Below, in pieces: positions 1 through 11,486 of a DNA stretch of 64,000 bases (its first letter is position 1; every line of letters starts with the position of its first letter). Origin of the DNA: Chlorokybus atmophyticus (Eukaryota; Plantae; Mesostigma and Chlorokybus algae). The notes beneath the pieces were generated by a model that saw only the letters and a program-made list of their open reading frames with translations, was not told where the DNA came from and made no database searches. The stretch spans positions 726,524-790,523 of the forward strand of contig RHPI01000560.1 in assembly GCA_009103225.1 (NCBI GenBank), given 5' to 3'. The position numbers and the translations under genes were made by a program.

Positions 1-1499
1 ATTGGTGGAGTTGTTGGGGAAGGTTGTGGAGGTGATGCGGCAGGTGGGGGGAGCGATGGCGATGTCGGCAAAGAGCAGCTTTCGGCGTATATCATATGCA
101 GTCGCGGAAATGACTCGCAGCTCGCTGTCCAAGTAAAGCTCAAGTAAATAGCGTTGTCGTGTGTGTGCATGCGCGAGTGCATATGTACGTGGGCGCACGC
201 TTGTGTGTGTCTATGCGTGCGCGAGCGCGTGCACCTATGCATGCGCGTATGCACGACTCATGTGGGGTTGTTGTTTATATGTGTATGTATTGTTAGGCGC
301 TGCATAAGGCCGGGTTGCATAGGGCGAAGGATGTTGTGCGTAGATTGGAGAACTGGCGCAGCCTGGTGGATCCAATTGTCCCAAGCTATTAAATTGGTGA
401 CTGGATGTGTTGTGAGGATTGCCACCAAGTGACATTTGTGTTGATTGAGTGCTTAATGACGGCGTTAAAGTTCAGCAAACAAGTACGATTAGTGACATAC
501 TTTGACTCCCACAACTGCACATCAGTAAGACAATATTGTACCACCATGGACACAACCAATTCTATGGCCACAATTTCACACCCCATCTATAACATGCACG
601 CCACACACATACAAAAGTTCCAGGAGAGCGTTGACACGCATGGTATTTCCCTACCAAATCAAGCCAATACGTTGCTCACTAAGCGCCGCATTGTGTCTAT
701 AAGAAGCGGACATGATGTTGGCAGCGGTTGGTGGCCTGTGCCCCTTGTACAGTTTCACGAAGATGATATTACTGAAAACTGTTTACCGGACAGTGATCAT
801 GAACAGTGAACATCTGCTAAAAATATACACGCTCCGGCAGTCCGGACACGCTATGTGCATTTTGGCCATTGTGAGCAACATTTCTGATCAACATATCCTA
901 CTGCACAGCGCTCCGCACAAGACTCGGTTTGCCATAGCTCATGCTCCAAGGCGTCACGCGCTGCTTGTGCGGCGTGGACAACACGCCTGACGTGTGGCAT
1001 ACCGCGGTGTACCCCTGCCATAGGATAGCCATCGTACCCACGTCATGTCAGTAGTCAACTAATGGTCTATTTTATTGGATAAGACCGGATGTGATGATCG
1101 TGATAGGTCTGACTATATCTGAGTCGTTGTATTGTAATGATGTTGCGGCAAATAAGCTGCTTGTTAATTGCCTAGTTATGTTTAAACAGGCGTTTATACA
1201 GGCATTTAGCAGAGCTAAGAGTTGTCGCCGTGGTATATAAGTGGCAGTCGCAGCTCAACATAGCATCCCCTTTTTTACTGTTCTTGGCAGCAAGTGTGCC
1301 TACTTGCATAGCAATCAGGGTCCCTAGCATAGTGAGGCTCATACAACAAGCTGTATAATTTTGAAAGTAATATAAGTAATATAACCTTTTGTATTGCGCA
1401 ATGAGCGTGCTATGCATGTCATACAATGCATGTCATGAATGTGACTGAGGGATGATTTGTGAGTAAGTGCATGTGTTCAGTTACGTGTGTGAACTCACG

Positions 1500-1568
1500 T
1501 CCGCGTACTTTGCCTAGCGGCGTGACCGGCCTACCACAGACGGAGCGCACTTGTTGCGTTGTGCCGTA
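1500..1568 (+). mobile_element. Left part of a CRE-like non-LTR retrotransposon remnant (degenerate zinc knuckle preceding the REL domain), cut by the pogo insertion
   Basis: Reads RDRPTTDGAHLLRCAV up to the TA at 1567-1568. Joined to the sequence after 5107-5108 it continues in frame as GHDALRDEV. Confidence 0.6.
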
Positions 1569-4500
1569 GGGTAAGTATGCCTAACTTGGGGCTGTTTGGA
1601 GGTCATAAGGTTATGGCTTCCGCGGTGTTGGTTTTTTGGCTGCCATGTATATGTATGATGTGTGAACTAAGTTTTTCCCTACACAGCCATATTTTTAAGG
1701 GTTTTTTTGGCCTAGTATCACGTTAGTTGCAGTAGGCCAAAGTTGGGGTGTGAAAGCTGTCAGTCTCAAAAGTCGCGGGCCCTAACCTGGGGACTCGATA
1801 CAGCCTGCCAAAGGCTGTCAGCAGACTGCAGCCTGTGCTGAAGGCTGTTCAAGGCAACCTTGCAGCCATTTCGGCATGGCTGCGGCCAGTGGGAGCAGGC
1901 TGGGGGGGCAGGCGGACACGCAGGTGATAGCCTTGACATGCAGGCTATTTGGGCTGCAGGCAATGCTTGCCGCCAAGCGACGAGCATTGCCTTCATTGCA
2001 AGGTTGCAAGCAAGGCGGCGAGGTGGGCGGCATGCACAAGGTACGCAGCATGCATGGGGGACAGGGGTGCATGTGTGTGTATGGTTGTATGTACAGGGTC
2101 AGAGCATTGCTAGCTACCACTAGTGCTAGGTGTAGCTACTGCTGGGGTGGTCTTGCGCTTCTGGCGCCAGCGTGCGCCAGCCTCCTTGGCGAGGTGGTTG
2201 GTGCGGCCGTTGAAGTGACGCTCAGCGACATCCCACAGGGGATCGCCCAGTTGGTTATGGCATAACATAGGGTTCCACTCATAGCGGAACCAGATCTCAA
2301 GGGCTTTTCTGGCTGGCTGCTCTCTCACATGCCTCTGCTGCCGTGCATCTTGTGCTGCTGCCTGTGCCTCTGCTCTCTCCTCCTTCTATAGTTCTTGCTG
2401 CCGCTTGGCTGCTGCCTGTGCCTCTGCCTTCTCTTGCCGCTTCTTCTCTTTCTCTCGTTCTTGCTGCTGCTTGGCTGCTGCTGCTGCCTCTTGTGCCTCT
2501 GCTTTTTCTTGTTGCTTCTTCTCCTTCTCCCGCTGTGCTATCATCTTCTTCAGCTGTGCTCTCCTCTTCTTCTCTGCTTGTGCTGCTGCCTTGGCTACTG
2601 TATCCTCAATTGCTTGGACCTTTTTCAGTGCTGCAGCTTCTTTGCGAGCCTTGGTTGCTGCCACCTTGGCAGCCTTGGCCTCAGCCTTCCTCTGCAGCTC
2701 ATCGATCACCTCATCAGCAGTCAACAGGTGAGCAATCTTGATGCTCTTGGCCCTCTTTGCTGGCTGCCCATCTGTGCAGTCTTCTTCGCCATTGTCTTCC
2801 TCTACTGCCTGCTCATCTCTAACCTCGATTGCCTCCAGCAGGGCAGATAGTCCAGGTGCCGGTGGGGCTGCTTCAACAGTGTGGAAGTACTTGTCGCAGC
2901 AGTGCTTGTCAAGGGGCCACAACCCACAGGCTCTGAATCCTAAGATGATGTTCTGGGGGGACAACGCAATCAGGTAAGGGTTTACCAGCATCTTCAAAAA
3001 ATCCTTGCGCTTGAGTGCCTGGTTGTGCTGTCCGTCCTCCCTTTTACGGTACTCCTTCTTGTAGGCTTCTTTAAATGGGTGGAAATAGCTAACATCCAAC
3101 ACTTGTAGCCTATGTGTGGTGTGTGGTGGTAGTATGAGGATGTGGAGTCCCCGGTCGAGTGCAAAGCGGATCATCTTTGGGTTGTACCTTGAAACATGCC
3201 CGTCCGTGACTAACAGCGCAGGGTTCTCAGGGCTGACTCCTCCTGGCAGCCATGACACCAGCTTCTCAATCCAGAGCTCGAAGATGTCAGTAGTCATCCA
3301 CGCGTTGGCTTGAGCAAAGTAGCGGGCCCCGGGGACCTTGAAGGCCTTGACATCAGCGCTGACTCTCTCTCCCTTTATAATCACGAGGGGTGGTGCAGCA
3401 AGCCCAGCTCCAATAATTGCGCACATCAAGGTGATGTGCTCTCTGCTGCCGCTGGTTGAACACTGTGCATACTTGTTGCCACTGCACAGGCAGACAAGTG
3501 AGTCAGCATGTGCATGAACATGTGCATGCACATCAATCTCAAAGACAATGCATGAATCTCAAAGACAACACTAACAACTCTTACCGTTCGCAGATGATGC
3601 GGATGTTCCCTGCAGCACTGTCAGGCTCGATGCCAACCTCGTCTGCTGACAGGATCCTCTCTGGCCCAACACCCAGCTTGTGCACAGTCTTAGCCAGCAG
3701 ATTAAAGTATTGGTACACAATGCCTTTGGTGAAGGCAACCCTCCGGGACCTGTCCAGAGGCTCAGCCTTTCTACTGACAAGGTTGTGCCTCTTTCGTAGC
3801 CCATCGAACCACTTCTGCCCAGGTATGCCATTGTTGAACAGCTTTGCGCGCAGGTCTCCCACGAGCCGCTTGCCTGCTTCAACACAAACCTCCCCCGAGG
3901 TAACACCTCTCCCCCATTTGTTTCGCAGCTTCACCCACTCTGCCAAGTCCTTCTCTTCTTCATCAGTCAACACAGTCGGAGCCCCTGGTGCTCTGCATTG
4001 CATACACACTTTACTCAGCCCCCCACCAACGCAGTGACCAACTCCTGACTGCAACACTGAATGCACTGACAGGCAGGACTTGCTAACTCACTTGTACACA
4101 GGCAGGTCCTGCTGCTGGGCAACGAATCTGCGCATGGTTGAGTCAGAGATGTCCAGCTCCTTCACTGCGTCACTCACAAGCATGCAGCCTTGGTTGATCG
4201 CAGTGACAGCCCTGCTGATGTCCTCCATCCTCCCCTCGTATGTGCTGTAGTTGCGCTTGCGTTTGTTGGCCTTGGGAGTCTGGGCCTTCACTCTCTTGCC
4301 CTGCCAGCAGCATGTTAGCTTGGGTGGTCTGAGTGGCATATGCCACCGTGATGACAAGCATGCCAAAGCGTGCAAACTACCCACCCGGGTCCAGCTGCGT
4401 GGCATAGCAGTAGGTGTAGTTGTGTAGTTGTGGTAGTCTTGCCTTGGACTTAGGGACCTCCTTGCAATGCACAGTCCTCCTCCACACTACTGCCGTGTGC

Positions 4501-5106
4501 TAACTCAGTGCATGCCCACACTTGCATGCACACGCTCAACACCAACTAGCGGTGACGACGTAGCGCGATTTTAAGACTGCAACCACCAACAACACTAGGA
4601 AACACACTCCTAAAATCGTGAATGCGCCTACAAATTACAGTAATACCAACAAGGTAGCTTCCCTATCAGTTTCAAGCCCAACAACAGCCTCTACATAAAG
4701 TTGGTTTTTGGGGGTGTCGCCAACGTAACCCCTAAAAATGTGCACATTGCAACTTTTCCATCTCCGTAGCAAATGGGCTGAAACTTGGTAAATAGGCTAA
4801 TGAGACCAATACAATCCACTGGAAAAAAACCGCAACCCATTTGCTATTCACATGCTAAAGATATCACTCCATGAAATTATAAAGTGCATAATCCATAATT
4901 TGCCACCAAAATTCCCTACTGTTGAAATTCAAAACTCCCGCTATACTAGGCCGTTTGTAATACTGTTTGAATCCACGCGTAGCTAACGGCCTGAGGCATC
5001 ACCTCACATTATTTGGCCGTCAAATACCCACTTGTCCGCCAGTTATGGCACAAAAACGGCCAATTCACCAAGATACGGCGCGTTCCCAAGTTAGGCGGTT
5101 TTACCC
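1569..5106 (-). mobile_element. pogo/Fot1-like (DD35D) DNA transposon, copy 1
   Basis: Imperfect 22-bp TIRs: GGGTAAGTATGCCTAACTTGGG (1569-1590) and CCCAAGTTAGGCGGTTTTACCC (5085-5106). TA duplication at 1567-1568 and 5107-5108. Encloses a transposase gene. Confidence 0.92.
2110..4339 (-). pseudogene. Intron-containing DDE_1 transposase (psq-type HTH, CENP-B HTH, DD35D catalytic domain, long K/E/A/Q coiled-coil tail)
   Basis: Three exons. ISRAVTAINQG...ISDSTMRR; GAPTVLTDEEEKDL...KWFDGLRKRH; ADEVG, TDGH and QVLDVS with 35 residues between D2 and D3. One in-frame TAG at 2386-2388 in the tail, after which the frame continues to 2110. Confidence 0.88.
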
Positions 5107-5648
5107 TAGGGCATGACGCGTTGCGTGACGAGGTGTACGTGCTGCTGCGCGAGGCGGGCTACGTGGTCGGCCGAGAACAGACGAGTTCTATCCCGATCCA
5201 GGTGGGGGAAACACGTGGACGGCGGGTGGACATGTTCGCCGCGGAACCAGGTGGTTGTTGGACGTGACAATCATCGCGTGCGGGCCGGCGCCAGGGGGGG
5301 GCGGCACGAGCAGCGGAGCAGGGCAAGCGCCGGAAGTACCACGACCACCCACCGGTTGACGTACTGATCCCACTGGCGGCGGAGACCCACGGCACTCTTG
5401 GGGCTGCCTTCCAAGACCTCATCAACCAGGTTGCCCGCCACACGGTGTACACGCGTGGCTTGGAGCTGCGCCGCCTGGGTGGCTTCGTGGCCATCATCCG
5501 GCAGCGAGTGGCCTGTGCGTTGCAACGTGTGCAGGGACTGGCGCTGCTGGACCGTGCAGCGGCGGCTGTGGATTCGGCGCCGGGCTGGGGCCCCTTGGGC
5601 GCAATACCCACGGCGGAGGCGGACGCAGCGCTGGCTGGGGCAGCGTAA
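5107..5648 (+). mobile_element. 3' remnant of a CRE/R4-type non-LTR retrotransposon (restriction-like endonuclease domain), frameshifted
   Basis: Across two frameshifts: GHDALRDEV, GRE, RRVD, LDVTI, AEQGKRRKY, IPLAAETHGTLG, RQRVACALQRVQG. This is the ordered motif set of REL-clade non-LTR C-termini. Confidence 0.8.
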
Positions 5649-6059
5649 TCGTGTGTAGCACTGACATTGCCTACTGCTAGCGGCTACTGTGACCCGTGGT
5701 GCTGTGTGCATGCTGTGTACAAAAGATGCAAGCTGCATCATGTGTTGTGTAGTGTGGGTTGATAGGTAAGGACGAACGCCGCTTTGGCCTGGCATTGTGT
5801 TGACTTGATAGAGAGAGAGGCTGGAGACAGATTATGCTTGTACATGTAGACCTAAGGTATCCTGCTCAAACTACTATCCTACTGTGCCTACTGTCCTGCT
5901 ATGCAACGAACTACACTACTAGCCTACTGTGCCTACTGTATGTGCAGCCCCATCCTGTACCACACTGTACACCGAGCTCACCACCACCAACAATACCACC
6001 ACTACACAACATCACCTGTACTACAAAAACACACTTTTTACAGTTGCACAGTGAGTCAG

Positions 6060-9000
6060 TCACTGCACCTCCTGCATGATGCTCTGGACATCAGAGGCAT
6101 GCATGATGCTCTGGACATCCGAGGCATCAGCAGTGCAGCTATCAACCACGCTAACAGCGTATGACACGCCAGTGAGGTCCTCTTCTGCTGCCGCTGATCC
6201 AATCATCGACTCCTGTGCTGGGGTCGAGAGAATCATGCTGAGGAGCTCCTGCTGGCGTTCAAGTTCCAAAACCTCGCGTGATTGTTGTTGGAATGTGGTC
6301 TCATCAAGGAGGTCAAGCATTAGGCAGTCGTTGGATTCGGCATAAGGTTGGGTGGTTATGTGCACAGACTCTAAGGACGCGGCAACTGTTGATGCATCAG
6401 TGGCGGGCGATGCTTCGGGCTCCGCAGTTTTGGACTGCAGCTGGAAGAAGCGTGCGGTATCTATCCATTGCTGCAGCGCATACAACAAACGGTCAGTGAG
6501 CTTGCATCCTGTGTGGACTTATACGACACAACAAGCAGCACGCGCTGACAAGCTGAGAGGCCAGCACGCCCCAACACGCGAATACTAACACACCTGCACG
6601 TGTGCCCACATGCCCACACATGTACACGAGCATAGGGGTGCACACGCAAACGTGCGTGCCCTCGCATACACACACAAGCATTGCGCTAGTACTCACCGAA
6701 GTGCCCCAGAAGGAGTTGGCTGTGCGAGTGACGAAGGACAGGAACGCTCCAGCCAACGGCCACTCGACGAGCAGGTAGTCCGCAAGCCAATGTTCAACAA
6801 CACCAGCAATGAACTGGTACCGCAGGTTGGATGACGTGGCAAGGAATGTCCCATACACAAGTGATGTCTTCAACACAGGCGATTGCTTGACTCCGCTGTT
6901 ATTGTTGTTCTTCCCGCCTTTCCAGCGCACGAACGCATTTGTGATGGACAGCGTGCCCAAGTTGGCTACAACACCAACGCCAAAGAGCTTCGCGCCACTA
7001 GCGAATACGCTCAGAATCCTGTCTGCTAATGACCACTTCTCCCCGTTCATTGCGCGCTGGAAGGCGTTCTCAGGAAGGGACCTCAGGGTGGACAACCAGC
7101 CCGGCAAGTTGCTTGCTTCTGTATCAGCAAAAGGAGTCAGTCACACATGATTTGCTTGTCCTGCTATGACACGACACACGCGCAGCCACTCGCACATGCA
7201 CACACGCGCGCACACGCGGACAGTCACACTCTGACACATATTGCTGACCTTCAAGGCCAGCATTGTGAAAGGATAGCGTTGGTGCCGGCAGCCATACAGT
7301 GAAAAAGTCTACAACGCTCCCTCTGATAACGTCCGTGGCGACGTACTGAATCTCAGCCCAGAAGCGGGGCCCACGTTTCTGCACCTCCGCTATCAACGTG
7401 GTCGTGATCGATATTGACTCCTCCACCAGCAGACGCGTCACGAACTGCGGGTCAGCCAACCTGCACAGAGTCGGGGTGAATAAGGCAAGCGCTTGTACTG
7501 TATTAACCCACATGTGGTGCATGTGTGAGGTCTCTCACCATCTCTCTCGGAGACCTTGGAAGCGCCTTGCGGCCGCAGAGAGGAGAGGGTTTGAGTCAAG
7601 GTCAAGAAACCGCTGCAGTATGTCGGGAGAGATGACGCCGCGTTCCACTCCAGCCTGTAGCCCGAGGAAAGGAGAAACTCGTCAGTGACTCGTTGAGGTC
7701 AACCCAACAATGTTTGATCCACCCACACAGCATGCATGCGTACTTTGTTCGTACGTGCGTGCGTGTGTGTTTGTGTGTGTGTTTTCAACACATACAGTCC
7801 AGTACACAACCACACGTTATGGCAAAGATCTAGTAATGCGCTTGCCTGAATGTCTTGGGGGAGAATGTGGTTGGACCCTGCGGCGCTCATGATGCGCGCG
7901 ACCTCAGCGCGGTCGAAGCAATTCTCCGTGCACGGTTTCGCCGCAGCGTACCAGAGGAACTCAGCCTCCGGGACGTCTCCCTCGGTGCGTATGCGCTGGC
8001 GCTCGGGGTTCAGCAGGATTACTACCTGGTCCTTGGCACCGCCCCCGCCCGCCTTCTTCGGCGGGAACACCTGCTGCGCCAGCCGCGCGGGAACGCCCGT
8101 CCCGTAACGCCCGAACCGCACGTGGCTCGCGCCTGTTATCGCCACCACGAGGGTGTTCCTGTTTTGCAGCTCCTTTGCAATCACTGTTGCGGCGCTGTAC
8201 TCCACCACAGCTCTCGCCTGCGGGGACACAATGTTGGCACATGCACACAACAGCCAGGCCACATTGCACATGTTGGTTGCGCGCAGGCTCAGTTGTGTGC
8301 AGTAAACCAACCTGTGCATATCGATACGGGCTCGGGGTGAAGGCAGAGCTTGAGGCGCTGATGGACACGCTGTCGTGAGGGTAGGGGAAGCCTCGGAGGG
8401 GAGGACCGTAGCGCTTCTTGTCTGAGGAGCGCAAGGCCGCTATGCCATGCGCTTGCACAAGCCGCAGAACCTGCACAAAGGGTCACACGGGTCAAGTCAT
8501 GCTATGATGTTCATTGGCCAGCAACTCATACACGTGTACGTGCGTAGGTAGTGCAGCACATAGTGTGGCAAACTCACACCTCAGGAGGAGGTGCAGCAGC
8601 CGCCAGGCGCAGGCGGTTCTCACGAGCATACTTCAGTAGCGGCACGTACCCTTCCCACCTGTTCTCGGGCAGGGAACCCACAACACGGTCCTCTATTGCG
8701 CTGAGCTCCACCCTGCAGTTACACAGTCTCAAACAATGGTGACAAGACACAACAAACCACAACCGTCGCACTAACGAGTGTGCATGTGGGCGGGTGCGTG
8801 TATGCACCTGCCCGCTATGTAGTCATCGAGCACATCCTGGTAGGGCTGAGGGCAGAAGCCGAGTGCAATGGTGACTTGACGATTGATCCAGGGCGCATCC
8901 TTCTCTCGTGCAGCAATCGCATCAGCACGCAACCTATCTACAGTGGCCTTGACTATCTCCAGCTCCAGTTGCTGTAAGGAACTTAGTCAGTACCACGCTC

Positions 9001-10027
9001 AGTACAAGGCAGGCTGTGCGTAGGCTGGTTGGGAGATCACACAATGCAGTACCTGGTCGTGCGGGTCGGGCAAACGCTCCGACTCTCCTAAATACACCAC
9101 GCGCGCTGATGTCAACTCCGCAATCACATCACCCTGCACGGAGTCAATCACACACTGGATGTTAGTAACTCAACCTCAACTCACAACAGCGTGGTTGAGT
9201 GTTTGCGTTGATCTGTCACATGTCTCACCTTGTGCTCCGTAACTGCGAGGGGTTGGCCTATCGGCCGTGCGTCATATACACGTGAGCCTTTAGTGATCAC
9301 AATTGGAGCACTCATGTTGGCAATGCTGGCTACTGCCTCCCCGCCTTCAGCTTCGCCCAGCCATGAAGCTGTTGTTGTGCTTGCGGCGGCGGGTGTGTCT
9401 CTAGCTAGGGCGGTGCACGCAATTGCAGCAGCGGCTTGCATGAGCGCTCTGCGCGGGATTGTGGAGGCCTGTTGCTGGGTTGTGTCGGCTATTGTTGTGG
9501 TGGTAGTTGTTGTGTCGGATGGTGTGGCTGTGGTGGCGGACTGTGCACTGTGCAATCGCCTCATCAATTCTCTCACGGGATCCCATCGCGTATGCGTGCT
9601 GCTTTGTTGTTGTGGCGTTGCCGCACGCACACGCCTGCTCAGCAACACATACACACGTACATATGTTCAGAACAGCTCTCAAACCTATATTGCGAGCAGC
9701 GCAGGCCAGATCCATCACATCAACAGCTGGATCTGCTATTTGTGTTGATCTGGCATGACAATGCGAGCATCCAGCAGCCTCCAAAACCCTAATGAACAGT
9801 GTGCATGTTGCATTGTGCACAGCTGGACAATGCAGCATGCATGGATCAGTTGGATCGCACAGCCAAGCGACATGCAGTGGCAGCCGGATCGCTCACCTGC
9901 AGCGTCCGCTGCGGCCTGATCCTCCTCCTGCTCCTCGTCCGGGACGCCGGAGTTGCTTGCGGCGGCCTGCTTCAGCAACATCCAGGCGAGGCAACAGCAG
10001 CGCTGCCGCTGCTGCAGCAGCAGCCAT
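6060..10027 (-). CDS. RER5: RETICULATA-RELATED 5/6-like chloroplast protein (haem-binding-uptake/TIKI-like domain plus DUF3411), multi-exon
   Basis: Ala/Arg-rich transit peptide from ATG 10027; twin-Arg [13 protein letters not shown]; RVYDA; [10 protein letters not shown]; [20 protein letters not shown]; [27 protein letters not shown]; LPENAFQR; [19 protein letters not shown]; [10 protein letters not shown] / QWIDTAR. Confidence 0.88.
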
Positions 10028-10599
10028 GGCCGTGGCCGCCTCCTTCTCAGCCGCCTCCTTCTCTACACACGCATGAGGACGCAGATCAGCTGTAAACCAT
10101 CAACCACCACCTCCTCTGCCGCATTCATCCCCTCCTCCTTGTCCTCTTTCGCCGCCTCCTCCACGTGGTTAGTTCTGTTCTGCCACGCGCTTTCGCCCTC
10201 ACTCTAGGCCACGCTAATCAACCCACTCGCCACGCCGGAGAAGCCGTGACCTCATGCCTCTCATATACCGGTCAATCGGGTGTATAACCTGGCTTAACAA
10301 TGCCTTGTAGTGACTGCAGCGTTGGCTCCACAGGCATTGAGTCCGATTGAGATCGGTAATCGAGAGGTCGCGGAGATCAGTTACGGGAGGTGACGCTTGC
10401 TGCCGCGCTTTCAACCAGTAGCAAAACGCGCTTTGCTCCGTTACTGCGATGCCTCATAAATTCGATCAGAAAGGAATTTATCATCTTCGTGAGTGCTTCA
10501 ACCTAGACCTCGCTCGCTACTTTGCGGACCGCATTCTGGATGGTGGTCCACCACAATGTGGTCCTGGTGGTCCACCAGTGGTGAATACATCTACCTGGT

Positions 10600-10860
10600 A
10601 CGTGCATGGGGTATCGAGATATCTGCGCCGACCGTACGTAGTCCCAGAAGTAATGCTAACTTTTCTGCGGCAACTGCTGCTGACTGCCGGCTCGACGAAT
10701 CCTGATTTTCCAAAGTGGCTTCAATATACATGATTGAGGTTCCCGCGGTTTTGGGCTTTGATCTCCAGCGGTACGTGTGGGTGAGAATGCAACGAAATCC
10801 TGCATGCGTGCCACGTCGCCGACACGGGTGCTTGCCGCCAGATTTTAGAATATCGTAGGG
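10600..10860 (-). mobile_element. Possible decayed tyrosine-recombinase C-terminus (DIRS/Ngaro-like remnant)
   Basis: Minus frame reads GKHPCRRRGTHAGF...THTYRWRS...SIMYIEATLE, resembling the HSxRxG / RWxS / catalytic-Y series. Stops upstream; no terminal repeats seen. Confidence 0.4.
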
Positions 10861-11486
10861 CTAGAGATGTTTGACGATAGTTTATGGCAAAGCGGGCACG
10901 AGGCGAGAAGCAATTGGTACGGTAGCCAATCAGGTGTGCGTACCTGGTACCTGACAACATTGGCTCCATCATAGAGCCTCTATGCATGATGTTGTGAGCA
11001 GCTGTGAATGTTGCGCTATGTGATTCATGTTTCAGCTCATAAAAACGCAACCAATGACAGTGCTGCCGCATGCTGGCTTAGTTTGAACTCTTTGGTCACC
11101 CAAGTTTGTTGACATGCATGCAAGGTGTTGTGCAGTAACCGACCTTGAGATACAAGCCCACAAGAGTGGTTTACAGCACCCTCTTATTTGTAATAATCAA
11201 TTCCTTAGCTTATGAACAACAACATCCAATATTGGCAATGCACTTCAACACACATTGCTAGCATGTGGAGCTGCCTACCCAGCAATAATGGCGTGTGCTG
11301 TTATTGTTTAAGAGCACACCTTAAGTCATTGCCCAAAGCGATGCGTTGCTGCAAAGACCACTACATTACTATTTACTAACGGGAATGCTGAGCAGATGGC
11401 AATTTGTTGCTGTGATCAGCGCACTTTGTTGTTCATGAGAATGGTGCAACCGGACACTCATGCTGCTTATTAATCAAGCTGTGCAG

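Noticed and set aside
1-1490. ORFs such as 405-809 and 712-990
   Set aside because: No recognisable motifs, GT-rich simple sequence, and stops in the plausible frames; cannot be assigned.
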